Assembly (NCBI GenBank): GCA_020631545.1
Contig: JAHDHB010000005.1
Span: 1 to 41,442, forward strand
Direction of reading: 5' to 3'
From: Saprospiraceae bacterium
GTDB taxonomy: Bacteria > Bacteroidota > Bacteroidia > Chitinophagales > Saprospiraceae
Length of the DNA: 41,442 nucleotides
Shown: positions 16,909 through 25,261 of the stretch, piece after piece
Position numbering within the stretch: position 1 is the first letter of the stretch
Layout: the number at the start of each line of letters is the position of its first letter
Made by a program: the position numbers and the translations under genes
Notes under the pieces: model-generated
Told to the model about the DNA's origin: nothing
The model's input: only the letters and a program-made list of their open reading frames with translations
The model's database searches: none

Positions 16909-19900
16909 ATGAACTGGCAAACTAAATATCCTTTTTTTACCGCAATATTTACTTTATTTCTTTTTTCTACTGTCAATGCTCAATGTGTGCTGACGCTGGA
17001 TACTATACCTTCATTTAGAAAAGGACTATATTATGAAAAAAGGGTAAAAACAGATAGTGCCTTGTTTTATTTCGAACAGGCTTTGAAGGACTACAACCGT
17101 ATAGATGATACTACAGGGTATTTGTTGTCGTTGTTGAAAGCATCTAATTGCTACTTGTTTATGTTTAATTTGAAAGAGGTTAAAGAGCGTGTTGACTCTT
17201 TCAAATCAAATCTTGACTTATTGAATGATGGGGTGCTTCTTTCGTTAGTGCATTATAGTTTTGGTAAATATTATCGATATAGTAATAATCTAGATTCGGC
17301 ATATTATTATAATAATAAAAGCATCGAACTCAGGAAAAAGCATAATTGCTCTGACATAATTTTAGCAAGAAATCATTATTTATTAGGTGATATAGAGAAT
17401 AAAAGAGGGAATCATAAAGAAGCTATTCGATTAATTAACTTATCGATCGATGCTATCTTAACCGAAGATAGGGTTGATTCCTTATTTCTTGCTGAATGTT
17501 ATAGTGATTTAGCTAAGTATACCTTTTCTGCTGCAATTGATATCGGTGGATGTATTGAGAATGGTCTAAAAGCTTTAGAAATAATGCAGGAACAACTAGG
17601 CTCTGAGGATCCTGCGCTTTCTTATTTTTATCAAAATTTAGGCTTGTACTATAAAGTAAAAGGTGATATGGATAAAGCTGAAGGTTTATACGATAAGGCC
17701 AAAGAGTTGTACCTTCAATCAAAAAATTTAAAACATCCTAACTTAGCTGCTTTATATAACTCTATCGGAAACATTAATTTTGATAAAAAAGACTTTGAAG
17801 TTGCCAAAATGAATTTTGAGTCGTGTGCTCGTATTTATGATGATGTTTATGGTCCTATGAGTTCTCATCATGCAGTTCCTTTTACTAATCTTGCTGAAAC
17901 TGCAACTTATTTTCGAGAGTTTGACGTTGCTGAAAAATATCTTGCAGATGCGTTGAATATTACGAAAATGAGCAAAGCAACTACTCTTGAAGCTAATGTA
18001 TATTCTTCCTATGGCTTTTTGGCTCTAAAAAAAGAAACTTATGTAGATGCCTGTAAGAAATTCAATAAGGGATTAGAGTTATTAAAACAAGATGGGGAAA
18101 CAAGAACGATTGATGCAGCCCAAAATTTTATAGGACTAGGAATGGCATTAATTGAATTGGATGAACAGACTAAGGCTAGAAAACATTTGTTTAAAGCTTT
18201 GAGAATTCTTGACGATAATGGAGTAGAAAAAGGTAAGGAAAAAATTGAGATTAATAAATATTTGGGAATGTCTTATTACCGTTCTAAGGATTTTAAGAAT
18301 GGACTTAAATACATTAATAACGCAATTAATTTTTCGTTAAGTGAAAATACTGAAATTGAGGGAGACCAATTACCCAATACCAAAGAAGGAACGATATACT
18401 ATTCCCTTTTTGATATGTTATTGACTAAAGGGGAGTATTATTTAGCATTGTATAAACATTTACAGAGAGTTAAGGACCTTAAACTAGCATTAGAGCATTT
18501 TTCATTAGCTCAAAAGATGGTTGTTAAGATTAGAACTAAATACAGATCTGAAGAGTCTAAATTTAATTTAGCTGAAAGAGCTCACGAAGGATATAAACTG
18601 GCTGTTCCTACTGCATATGAATTGTATGAAATTACTTGTGACGAACGTTATCTTCATGAAGCTTTTAAGTTTTCAGAATCTGATAAAGCTGGAGTCCTAA
18701 TGGAAGCTTTAGTGGATGTCGATGCTAAACAATTTGCAGGTGTGCCTGATAGCTTGGTTAACAAAGAGCGAGAAATTAAAATCAGTCTTTCTTATTTTAG
18801 AGAAACCTTACATTATGAATTAGAAAAAAATAAAAATTCTCAAAATCAGGAAAAGATTAGAATTCTAGAAGATAGTATTTACCATTATTCAAATGAATTT
18901 GATGAAATGGTGGTCACTATGGAGAAAGAGTTTCCAAAATATTATCAATTAAAGCTAGAAGAACCTTTGGTTCCTATTCAGAAAATTCAAAATTCTTTAG
19001 CTGAAGGACAGTGCATGTTGGAGTATTTTATGGCTGATGAAGAACTCTATGTTTTTGTTATTGGTAAAACGGATTTCCACCTTAAGCAGATACCATACAT
19101 TATAGATATACCAAAATCGATTAAGGAGGTTCGAGCTAATATTATGAAGCGCATAAATGCTGATTTTCTCATAAATAGTCATGATTTATATAATCAATTA
19201 GTAGAACCTGTTCTTGGAGATATAGAAGGAAGAAAATTAATGATTGTCCCTGATCGTGAAATTAATTTGCTGCCCTTTGGCCTATTGGTTGAAAGTATCA
19301 ATAATGAATTACTTACCACTGAAAATTTCTACAATGTTGAGTTTTTAATAGAACGTTTTCCTATTTGTTATAATTATTCTGGTGCATTATATTCGAAAAG
19401 TAAAGAACATCGGGAGAAGAAAGTTGGTTACTCAATTTTAGGTGTAGCTCCAGATTTTGGAGAAGAGAATTTGGATTATCTTAGAAGTGGAAACCCTTCA
19501 AGGACTACAGATTACTCTAAGCTTAGGCCACTACCTTGGGCTAAAAAAGAAGTTGAAAATATTGGTGATCGATTTACTGGAACTAACTTGATAGGTGAAG
19601 AGGCTACTGAAGTTAATTTTAAGGAACAGGCAGGAGATTATAGCGTTCTACACTGTGCAACTCATGCAATTTCTACCGACAACCACTCACTATATTCTGG
19701 ATTGGTGTTTCAAGCAGATTCAACCATTGAAGACGATGGTTTTTTGCATACGCATGAACTATACAACTTGGATTTGAATGCAGATTTGGCTGTCTTAAGT
19801 GCTTGTAATACAGGTTTAGGGAAAGTGCAAAGGGGCGAGGGGACTATGAGTATGGCTAGAGGGTTCTCTTATTCTGGTTGTCCTAATATTCTTGTGGGAA

Positions 19901-20196
19901 AATGGAGTTTAGCAGATAAAGCAACTTCAAGACTGATGGGGTTTTTCTATCAGTATCTTGGGGAAGGCCTTCCTAAAGATGAAGCCTTGCAAAAAGCAAA
20001 AATTGCTTATGTTAATACTGTTCACCATAATCTAATCAAGCCCATATACTGGGGAGGAATGACAATTATCGGAAATGAAGAGGCTATTGACTTGAAAAAA
20101 TCGTACAATAAATGGTTGCTTAGTTGTAGCCTTTTATTGGCCTGTTTAGGTGGTGGGATAATTGCTTGGAAAAAAATCATAAAAAGGGATATTTGA
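16909..20196 (+). CDS. TPR-repeat + CHAT (caspase-fold cysteine peptidase) domain protein with signal peptide and C-terminal transmembrane anchor
   Basis: 1095 aa. Leader FTAIFTLFLFSTVNA-QC, then ~500 aa of TPR-like repeats. CHAT dyad: VLHCATHA (His919, nt 19663-19665) and LAVLSACNTGLG (Cys966, nt 19804-19806). The C-terminal helix WLLSCSLLLACLGGGIIAW is followed by KKIIKRDI. Confidence 0.85.
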   Translation: MNWQTKYPFFTAIFTLFLFSTVNAQCVLTLDTIPSFRKGLYYEKRVKTDSALFYFEQALKDYNRIDDTTGYLLSLLKASNCYLFMFNLKEVKERVDSFKSNLDLLNDGVLLSLVHYSFGKYYRYSNNLDSAYYYNNKSIELRKKHNCSDIILARNHYLLGDIENKRGNHKEAIRLINLSIDAILTEDRVDSLFLAECYSDLAKYTFSAAIDIGGCIENGLKALEIMQEQLGSEDPALSYFYQNLGLYYKVKGDMDKAEGLYDKAKELYLQSKNLKHPNLAALYNSIGNINFDKKDFEVAKMNFESCARIYDDVYGPMSSHHAVPFTNLAETATYFREFDVAEKYLADALNITKMSKATTLEANVYSSYGFLALKKETYVDACKKFNKGLELLKQDGETRTIDAAQNFIGLGMALIELDEQTKARKHLFKALRILDDNGVEKGKEKIEINKYLGMSYYRSKDFKNGLKYINNAINFSLSENTEIEGDQLPNTKEGTIYYSLFDMLLTKGEYYLALYKHLQRVKDLKLALEHFSLAQKMVVKIRTKYRSEESKFNLAERAHEGYKLAVPTAYELYEITCDERYLHEAFKFSESDKAGVLMEALVDVDAKQFAGVPDSLVNKEREIKISLSYFRETLHYELEKNKNSQNQEKIRILEDSIYHYSNEFDEMVVTMEKEFPKYYQLKLEEPLVPIQKIQNSLAEGQCMLEYFMADEELYVFVIGKTDFHLKQIPYIIDIPKSIKEVRANIMKRINADFLINSHDLYNQLVEPVLGDIEGRKLMIVPDREINLLPFGLLVESINNELLTTENFYNVEFLIERFPICYNYSGALYSKSKEHREKKVGYSILGVAPDFGEENLDYLRSGNPSRTTDYSKLRPLPWAKKEVENIGDRFTGTNLIGEEATEVNFKEQAGDYSVLHCATHAISTDNHSLYSGLVFQADSTIEDDGFLHTHELYNLDLNADLAVLSACNTGLGKVQRGEGTMSMARGFSYSGCPNILVGKWSLADKATSRLMGFFYQYLGEGLPKDEALQKAKIAYVNTVHHNLIKPIYWGGMTIIGNEEAIDLKKSYNKWLLSCSLLLACLGGGIIAWKKIIKRDI

Positions 20197-20201
20197 GAAC
20201 T

Positions 20202-22463
20202 TTATCTGATTAAGGTTGCATATCCCCTAAATTCTTGCATTTGATCGCGAGCGCCTTTAATTTTGACAAGATAAACATAGACACCATTCTTGCTCATCTG
20301 TCCTGAATTGTTTTTCTGTCCATTCCATGCTACATTCGGATCTTTTGAATGAAATACCATTTCCCCCCATCGATTCCATATCGTCATTTCAAAACTTTCT
20401 ATACCATAAAATATTCCATTTCCCCTAAAACCATCGTTGACATCGTCAAAATTTGGGGTGAAGGCATTTGGTAAAAAATAGGTAAATCGTGGCTCTACAT
20501 CTACAACCTTTGTAATTGAATCTGCGCAACCACTTAAATGTGTAACTAATAATTGCACTTCATGTCGACCTGTATCGGCAAAAACATAAGTTGGATTACT
20601 TTGTGTTGAATTATCTCCAGTGTCAAAGTCCCATAGCCATGAAGATGCATTACTTGATAAATCTGTGAAGGAGACTTCAGGTGCAAAATTTGTAGGCGCT
20701 TCTGGACTGAATGAAAAATCTGCTGTTGGGACGTCGTAAACGGTTACTAAATTTGGAAAGGACTGTTGCGAAACACATCCTATCGGAGATGTAATAGTCA
20801 GTTCTAAGCTGTATACACCTGCTTGAGTGTAGGTATGATTAGGACTTGCTTCCATTGTGGTTGTTCCATCTCCTAGATCCCATTGTGTCGTATAACCATT
20901 CAATGGAAATGAATTATTAATGATACTTACAGAAAAGGGTAAACAACCTTCATCTTCGGGTAATTCTACTAGAATTTCTGATTCGGGATACCAAGCAATT
21001 GATTTAGATATTTGGTCGGTACATGAATTGCTATCAACTATTGACAAGGTCACATTATATGTACCTGCATCAGCGAATTGATGAGCTGGACTTGGAACAT
21101 TTGAGGTATTGCCGTCTCCAAAATTCCATTCCCAATTCGTAATCATTCCACTTCCTGAGAAAGACTCATCGGTATAGAGCACCGGTCCGATAATGCACGA
21201 ATCATTTACAAACGAAAAATCTGCTTGTATTTCTGGGTAGACATTCACAAATAATAGTGCAGTATCTGAGCATTCTGCACTATTAGGATTTATGATGAGG
21301 GTTCCTTCGTAGGTACCAACATCAGGGAATTGAACCGTTGGATTAACTGCTGTAGTTGTATAATTAGGTTGCCCTACTCCTTGTTCAAACTCCCACAAAT
21401 AACCATCGATATATTGAGCTTGACCACTTTGATTTTGAAAAGTAACAGAGGTTGAACCACAAGAATTAATTACAAATTCTTGGGGGCCAAGTTGAAAATC
21501 TTCTCTAACATCAGCATATATTACAGGATCACATGAGGTGACGTTAAATTGGAAGTCTCTTCTGATAATTCCTACTAACTCACCATTTTTATACTCATGA
21601 ACACAAACACCTACCACAAATTGCCCTTGGTTTGTTGGAACACCAGTAATAAAACCATCCTCTGGATTTATGGTAATTAAGGGCATTCCTCCTATTGGAA
21701 AATCTACGGAATAAACTGGTTCAATAAAACTGACCGTTGGATAATGGGGAAAAGCCAAGTAAGGAAAACTTGCAGAATTTGGAATTGGGTCATTTTGGCT
21801 TGCTCCAATAGTCGGCGAACAAAAACTGTATACCAACGAATCTCCATCTACATCGTTTGCAGAATGATCAAAGTCAATAGGTTCTCCAGCACAGATGGCT
21901 ATCGGAGGGAAATTATTAAATGTAGGACTATTATTACAAGTTTGCTGGCTTAGCTCATTTAAGGTAGCTGTATATGTAGCCCCAACGAGGTCAGGTGTTT
22001 GGATGTTTGAAATGGTGTTGTTTCTACAACAACGTTGATAAGCAACTAAATACCCATCAGCATGGAAGGGAAGAGTTATTGTAAAATTATACATCCCTAC
22101 TTCCACACATAAATCTGAAGGAACTTCTAAGCAAGGATTAGTAGATTCGACGGGGGTAAAGTTGGCTGATTGTAGAGGTGTTGTAAAATTTGCATATTGA
22201 CTGGGAGATCCTCCATCGAACTTGAAAATTGTTATAGCTGCCTGAGGGTCTAAATTAGCACCACTTGGCGAAAAACAATCCCGGTATACTTTCATCTTGA
22301 ACGAGTATTCATTGTTCCCAAAGCATTCATAAGTAATATCCCCTCCAATGATATGCAAGCCCTTCATTGGAGTCTGAAGAAAAAATAGTAAAATGATGGT
22401 GTAAAATATGCCTATAAATCGTTCCAATGTAATTATTTTTGTATTTCGGTTCTCAACAGCCAA
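20202..22463 (-). CDS. PKD-repeat surface protein with a gliding-motility-associated (T9SS type B) C-terminal domain
   Basis: 753 aa. Repeated WEWNFGDGNTS / WDLGDGTT / WLWDFDTGDNS PKD motifs. The C-terminal FLPNAFTPNFDDVNDGF...IWNRWGEMVF...WNGQ...GVYVYLVKI is the type B CTD signature. Confidence 0.8.
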   Translation of the reverse strand: MAVENRNTKIITLERFIGIFYTIILLFFLQTPMKGLHIIGGDITYECFGNNEYSFKMKVYRDCFSPSGANLDPQAAITIFKFDGGSPSQYANFTTPLQSANFTPVESTNPCLEVPSDLCVEVGMYNFTITLPFHADGYLVAYQRCCRNNTISNIQTPDLVGATYTATLNELSQQTCNNSPTFNNFPPIAICAGEPIDFDHSANDVDGDSLVYSFCSPTIGASQNDPIPNSASFPYLAFPHYPTVSFIEPVYSVDFPIGGMPLITINPEDGFITGVPTNQGQFVVGVCVHEYKNGELVGIIRRDFQFNVTSCDPVIYADVREDFQLGPQEFVINSCGSTSVTFQNQSGQAQYIDGYLWEFEQGVGQPNYTTTAVNPTVQFPDVGTYEGTLIINPNSAECSDTALLFVNVYPEIQADFSFVNDSCIIGPVLYTDESFSGSGMITNWEWNFGDGNTSNVPSPAHQFADAGTYNVTLSIVDSNSCTDQISKSIAWYPESEILVELPEDEGCLPFSVSIINNSFPLNGYTTQWDLGDGTTTMEASPNHTYTQAGVYSLELTITSPIGCVSQQSFPNLVTVYDVPTADFSFSPEAPTNFAPEVSFTDLSSNASSWLWDFDTGDNSTQSNPTYVFADTGRHEVQLLVTHLSGCADSITKVVDVEPRFTYFLPNAFTPNFDDVNDGFRGNGIFYGIESFEMTIWNRWGEMVFHSKDPNVAWNGQKNNSGQMSKNGVYVYLVKIKGARDQMQEFRGYATLIR

Positions 22464-22580
22464 TAAGGCGTTTTTTTGGTTTATGAACTACACATTTATC
22501 CTTTGTTATTTGTTTATTTTAAAGGAAATCGTAATTTTCGTTTCATAACCATTGTATTCATAAATGTCAAACTCAAGGTA

Positions 22581-23147
22581 ATGGATTATAAGGAAGTATC
22601 AAAAATAGTACCTATTCTAAAATCAGGAGGAATTTTTATATATCCAACTGACACCGTTTGGGGCGTAGGTTGTTCAGCGGTTAATGAGCAGGCGGTAAAA
22701 CGCTTGTTTGAGATAAAAAACAGGGATATTTCTAAAAAAATGATTGTTCTGGTAGAAAACCCTAAACAGTTGACCTTTTATGTACCAGTAATAATACCCA
22801 AAATCAGTAACATTTTAACACATTATACCCGGCCATTGACCATCGTCTATGATAACGTTGAAAATTTTCCTGATATTGTTATTGCTGATGATAAAACCGT
22901 CGCTATTCGAGTTGTTCAAGATGATTTTTGTAAGCAAATAATCCGCGAATTAGGTGCTCCTATCATTTCTACCTCTGCTAATTTTAGTGGACAACCAGCT
23001 CCTAAGGTTTACAAAGATATTGATCCTGATTTCTTAACGAAAGTTGATTATGTAGTTGAACATCGTCGTTATGATGAACAATTTAAAGAACCTTCTGTTA
23101 TTGCAAGAATTTCTTCAAAAAATGAACTAATTATCCTTCGAAATTAG
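22581..23147 (+). CDS. tsaC: L-threonylcarbamoyladenylate synthase (TsaC/YrdC family)
   Basis: GGIFIYPTDTVWGVGC, AIRV and ISTSANFSGQPAP are YrdC-domain motifs. The ORF is open from 22476, but the first 35 codons are hydrophobic and AT-rich. I therefore place the start at the Met at 22581 (MDYKEVSK...). Confidence 0.85.
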   Translation: MDYKEVSKIVPILKSGGIFIYPTDTVWGVGCSAVNEQAVKRLFEIKNRDISKKMIVLVENPKQLTFYVPVIIPKISNILTHYTRPLTIVYDNVENFPDIVIADDKTVAIRVVQDDFCKQIIRELGAPIISTSANFSGQPAPKVYKDIDPDFLTKVDYVVEHRRYDEQFKEPSVIARISSKNELIILRN

Positions 23148-23153
23148 TTTAGG

Positions 23154-23183
23154 TAATGGTGGCTTTTTTTAGCTACACCATTA
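23154..23183 (+). terminator. Hairpin downstream of tsaC (candidate terminator)
   Basis: An 8-bp stem pairs taatggtg (23154-23161) with caccatta (23176-23183), and there is an inner 3-bp extension. The T-run lies in the loop rather than after the stem, so support is only moderate. Confidence 0.4.
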
Positions 23184-23451
23184 ATATGGATTTTACTCCT
23201 TTGATATATTTAAGGAGGAAAGACCCTATAATGATGACATTTTTCCAAAAGGATGATTAAATTTACGCTTTTTATACATGCTAGGCAATGCCATAAGCCG
23301 TTTCATTTAGTTTTTTGGTGAAATATAAATGGTGGAGGGATACGTTTTTCTTTGATAGCATTTGATAATCAGGATAATAGTCGAGTTGTTTCATCGAAAA
23401 AGATTTTCCAAAATAATTTATTATTTGTCATTTTGTAATGGTTATTTTGCT

Positions 23452-23616
23452 CTAGTGGTGCTGCTCATAAGTAATAGTTAGTTTAGGTGCAGAGATTTTT
23501 TGTCTGTCAAGGCACGAAGAGGGAGGTTAACTGTAGCTACTTGACCGATAAGTAGCGTTGGATAAGGAAAAAATAACAAGCTGAAACTGTCTTGAACTTA
23601 TGAGTAAGACTACTAG
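23452..23616 (+). ncRNA. Candidate structured small RNA (6S-like closing stem), or alternatively a MITE; strand uncertain
   Basis: ctagtggtgctgctcataagt (23452-23472) pairs with acttatgagtaagactactag (23596-23616) at 19 of 21 positions (17 Watson-Crick, 2 G-U). Internal helices: agttt/aaact (23480-84 with 23584-88), caga/tctg (23490-93 with 23503-06), and a perfect 7-bp hairpin gctactt/aagtagc (23536-42 with 23550-56). A near-consensus -7 box, TATTTTG, ends at 23449, just upstream. Confidence 0.35.
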
Positions 23617-23638
23617 AAGAATAGAAATATAAAATTAT

Positions 23639-25069
23639 ATGCTTTTTGATATAAAAAAGGAAGAACGTAAGATCTTCAATTTGATTCGTCAGACCGCTGA
23701 AAAACTGGGTTTTCCTGCCTATGTGGTAGGGGGGTATGTACGTGATCGGCTTTTGGCTAGAGAATCCAAAGATATGGACATCGTCTGTGTTGGAAATGGG
23801 ATTGACTTAGCGGAAGAACTTGCTAAAAGCATGATTCCTAGACCTAAAGTAGCCATTTTTAAGCGCTTTGGAACGGCTATGCTTAAACACGGGGATCTAG
23901 AAATTGAATTTGTCGGTGCAAGGAGGGAATCCTATCGCCGCAATTCTCGAAAACCTGCGGTAGAAAATGGAAGCCTTGAAGATGATCAAAATCGTAGAGA
24001 TTTGACGATTAACGCTTTGGCGGTAAGTCTAAATGAACATAATTTTGGTGAAATCATTGATCCGTTTAATGGTCTAAAAGATTTGGAAGACAAGATCTTA
24101 AAGACTCCCCTTGAGCCAGGTAAGACTTTCTCTGATGATCCTTTACGGATGATGAGGGCGATTCGATTTGCGACACAACTTAACTTTAAAATCGAAAACT
24201 CGACCTTAAAAGCAATAAGTATTTACAAGGAGCGCATAAAAATCATTTCCTTTGAAAGAATTACTACGGAAATGGAGAAAATGCTAGCAAGTCCTAAACC
24301 TTCTATTGGTTTTAAACTATTGTACGACACTGGATTACTTAAACTGATTTTTCCTGAATTTAATAACCTACATGGTGTCGAAATACGAAAAGGGAAGGCT
24401 CATAAAGATAATTTTTATCATACGTTAAAGGTCGTGGACAATATTTGTCGGAATACGGATGATATTTGGTTGCGCTGGGCTGCTATGCTCCATGATATCG
24501 CCAAACCTCCTACCAAACGTTTTGACGAAAAGGTTGGATGGACATTTCATGGACATGAAATGCTTGGAGCTAAAATGGTTCCTAAAATTTTTAGACGGTT
24601 ACGTTTGCCTATGGACGGAAAAATGAAATATGTTCAAAAATTAGTTCGCTTACATCTTCGTCCTATTAGTCTTACCAAAGACAATATTACCGATTCGGCT
24701 ATAAGACGCCTACTTTTTGAAGCGGGAGATGATATTGATGATCTTATGATTCTTTGTGAAGCCGATATTACTTCTAAAAATAAGAATAAGGTCAAGCGGT
24801 ATTTGGAGAACTACGAGATGGTTCGGCTGAAACTTAAAGAAGTGGAAGAAAAGGATCATCTTCGAAATTGGCAACCTCCTATTTCTGGTGATTTGATTAT
24901 GGAAACGTTTGGCATTGCTCCTTCTAGAGAAGTAGGCATCATTAAAAATGCGATTCGAGAAGCGATATTGGATGGGGTGATTCCTAATAAACACGAAGAG
25001 GCTTTTGAATTTATGCTGGAGCGAGGTAAAGAATTGGGGTTAAATTCAATTGCCAAAAACATAAATTGA
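23639..25069 (+). CDS. cca: CCA tRNA nucleotidyltransferase (PolyA-polymerase head domain + HD domain)
   Basis: 476 aa. The nucleotidyltransferase motifs are [20 protein letters not shown] and [10 protein letters not shown]. It also has the HD region [10 protein letters not shown]...FHGHEMLG. Confidence 0.8.
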   Translation: MLFDIKKEERKIFNLIRQTAEKLGFPAYVVGGYVRDRLLARESKDMDIVCVGNGIDLAEELAKSMIPRPKVAIFKRFGTAMLKHGDLEIEFVGARRESYRRNSRKPAVENGSLEDDQNRRDLTINALAVSLNEHNFGEIIDPFNGLKDLEDKILKTPLEPGKTFSDDPLRMMRAIRFATQLNFKIENSTLKAISIYKERIKIISFERITTEMEKMLASPKPSIGFKLLYDTGLLKLIFPEFNNLHGVEIRKGKAHKDNFYHTLKVVDNICRNTDDIWLRWAAMLHDIAKPPTKRFDEKVGWTFHGHEMLGAKMVPKIFRRLRLPMDGKMKYVQKLVRLHLRPISLTKDNITDSAIRRLLFEAGDDIDDLMILCEADITSKNKNKVKRYLENYEMVRLKLKEVEEKDHLRNWQPPISGDLIMETFGIAPSREVGIIKNAIREAILDGVIPNKHEEAFEFMLERGKELGLNSIAKNIN

Positions 25070-25205
25070 TTAGGGGCGGCCCACTTCGTAAACTCGTGGT
25101 CGGGCTGTCCGCTAAAATTCGGTACACGATAGTATCCTATCATGTACCTCATACCGCTTCCATCCCTCAGCCAATACGCGCTTACCTTCGGCGCGCTTTT
25201 AATCT
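25070..25205. other. GC-rich structured island in an AT-rich spacer (REP-like repeat or small RNA candidate)
   Basis: ggggcggcccacttcgtaaactcgtggtcgggctgtccgc... is clearly more GC-rich than its surroundings. A compound hairpin spans 25121-25148: ggtaca with tgtacc, then gatag with ctatc, loop tatc. A second hairpin pairs gcccac with gtggtc. Confidence 0.3.
25177..25200 (+). terminator. Candidate rho-independent terminator of cca
   Basis: A GC-only 5-bp stem pairs cgcgc (25177-25181) with gcgcg (25191-25195), with a 9-nt loop. It is followed by cTTTT. Confidence 0.45.
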
Positions 25206-25261
25206 GACTGAAAACCTTTTTATTTGTCCCTCAGTTCTCTATTTTAAATGAATCAAAAGGA

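Noticed and set aside
16909-20196. TPR-CHAT protein as a type III-E CRISPR 'Craspase' (Csx29-like) or other cytoplasmic defence effector
   Set aside because: There are no cas genes, no CRISPR array and no NTPase/STAND or nuclease partner anywhere in the window. The protein also carries a signal peptide and a C-terminal membrane anchor, which is incompatible with the cytoplasmic Csx29 role.
22476-22580. N-terminal 35-codon extension of tsaC from the first ATG
   Set aside because: The extension (MVYELHIYPLLFVYFKGNRNFRFITIVFINVKLKV) is hydrophobic, AT-driven sequence and is absent from YrdC/TsaC proteins as I know them. It also overlaps the divergent promoter region, so I prefer the Met at 22581.
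24856-25251. ORFs 24856-25152 (minus) and 25066-25251 (plus) across the GC-rich island
   Set aside because: The minus ORF overlaps the well-supported cca C-terminus. Both owe their openness to the GC-rich repeat-like sequence, and their translations look like translated palindromes rather than proteins.
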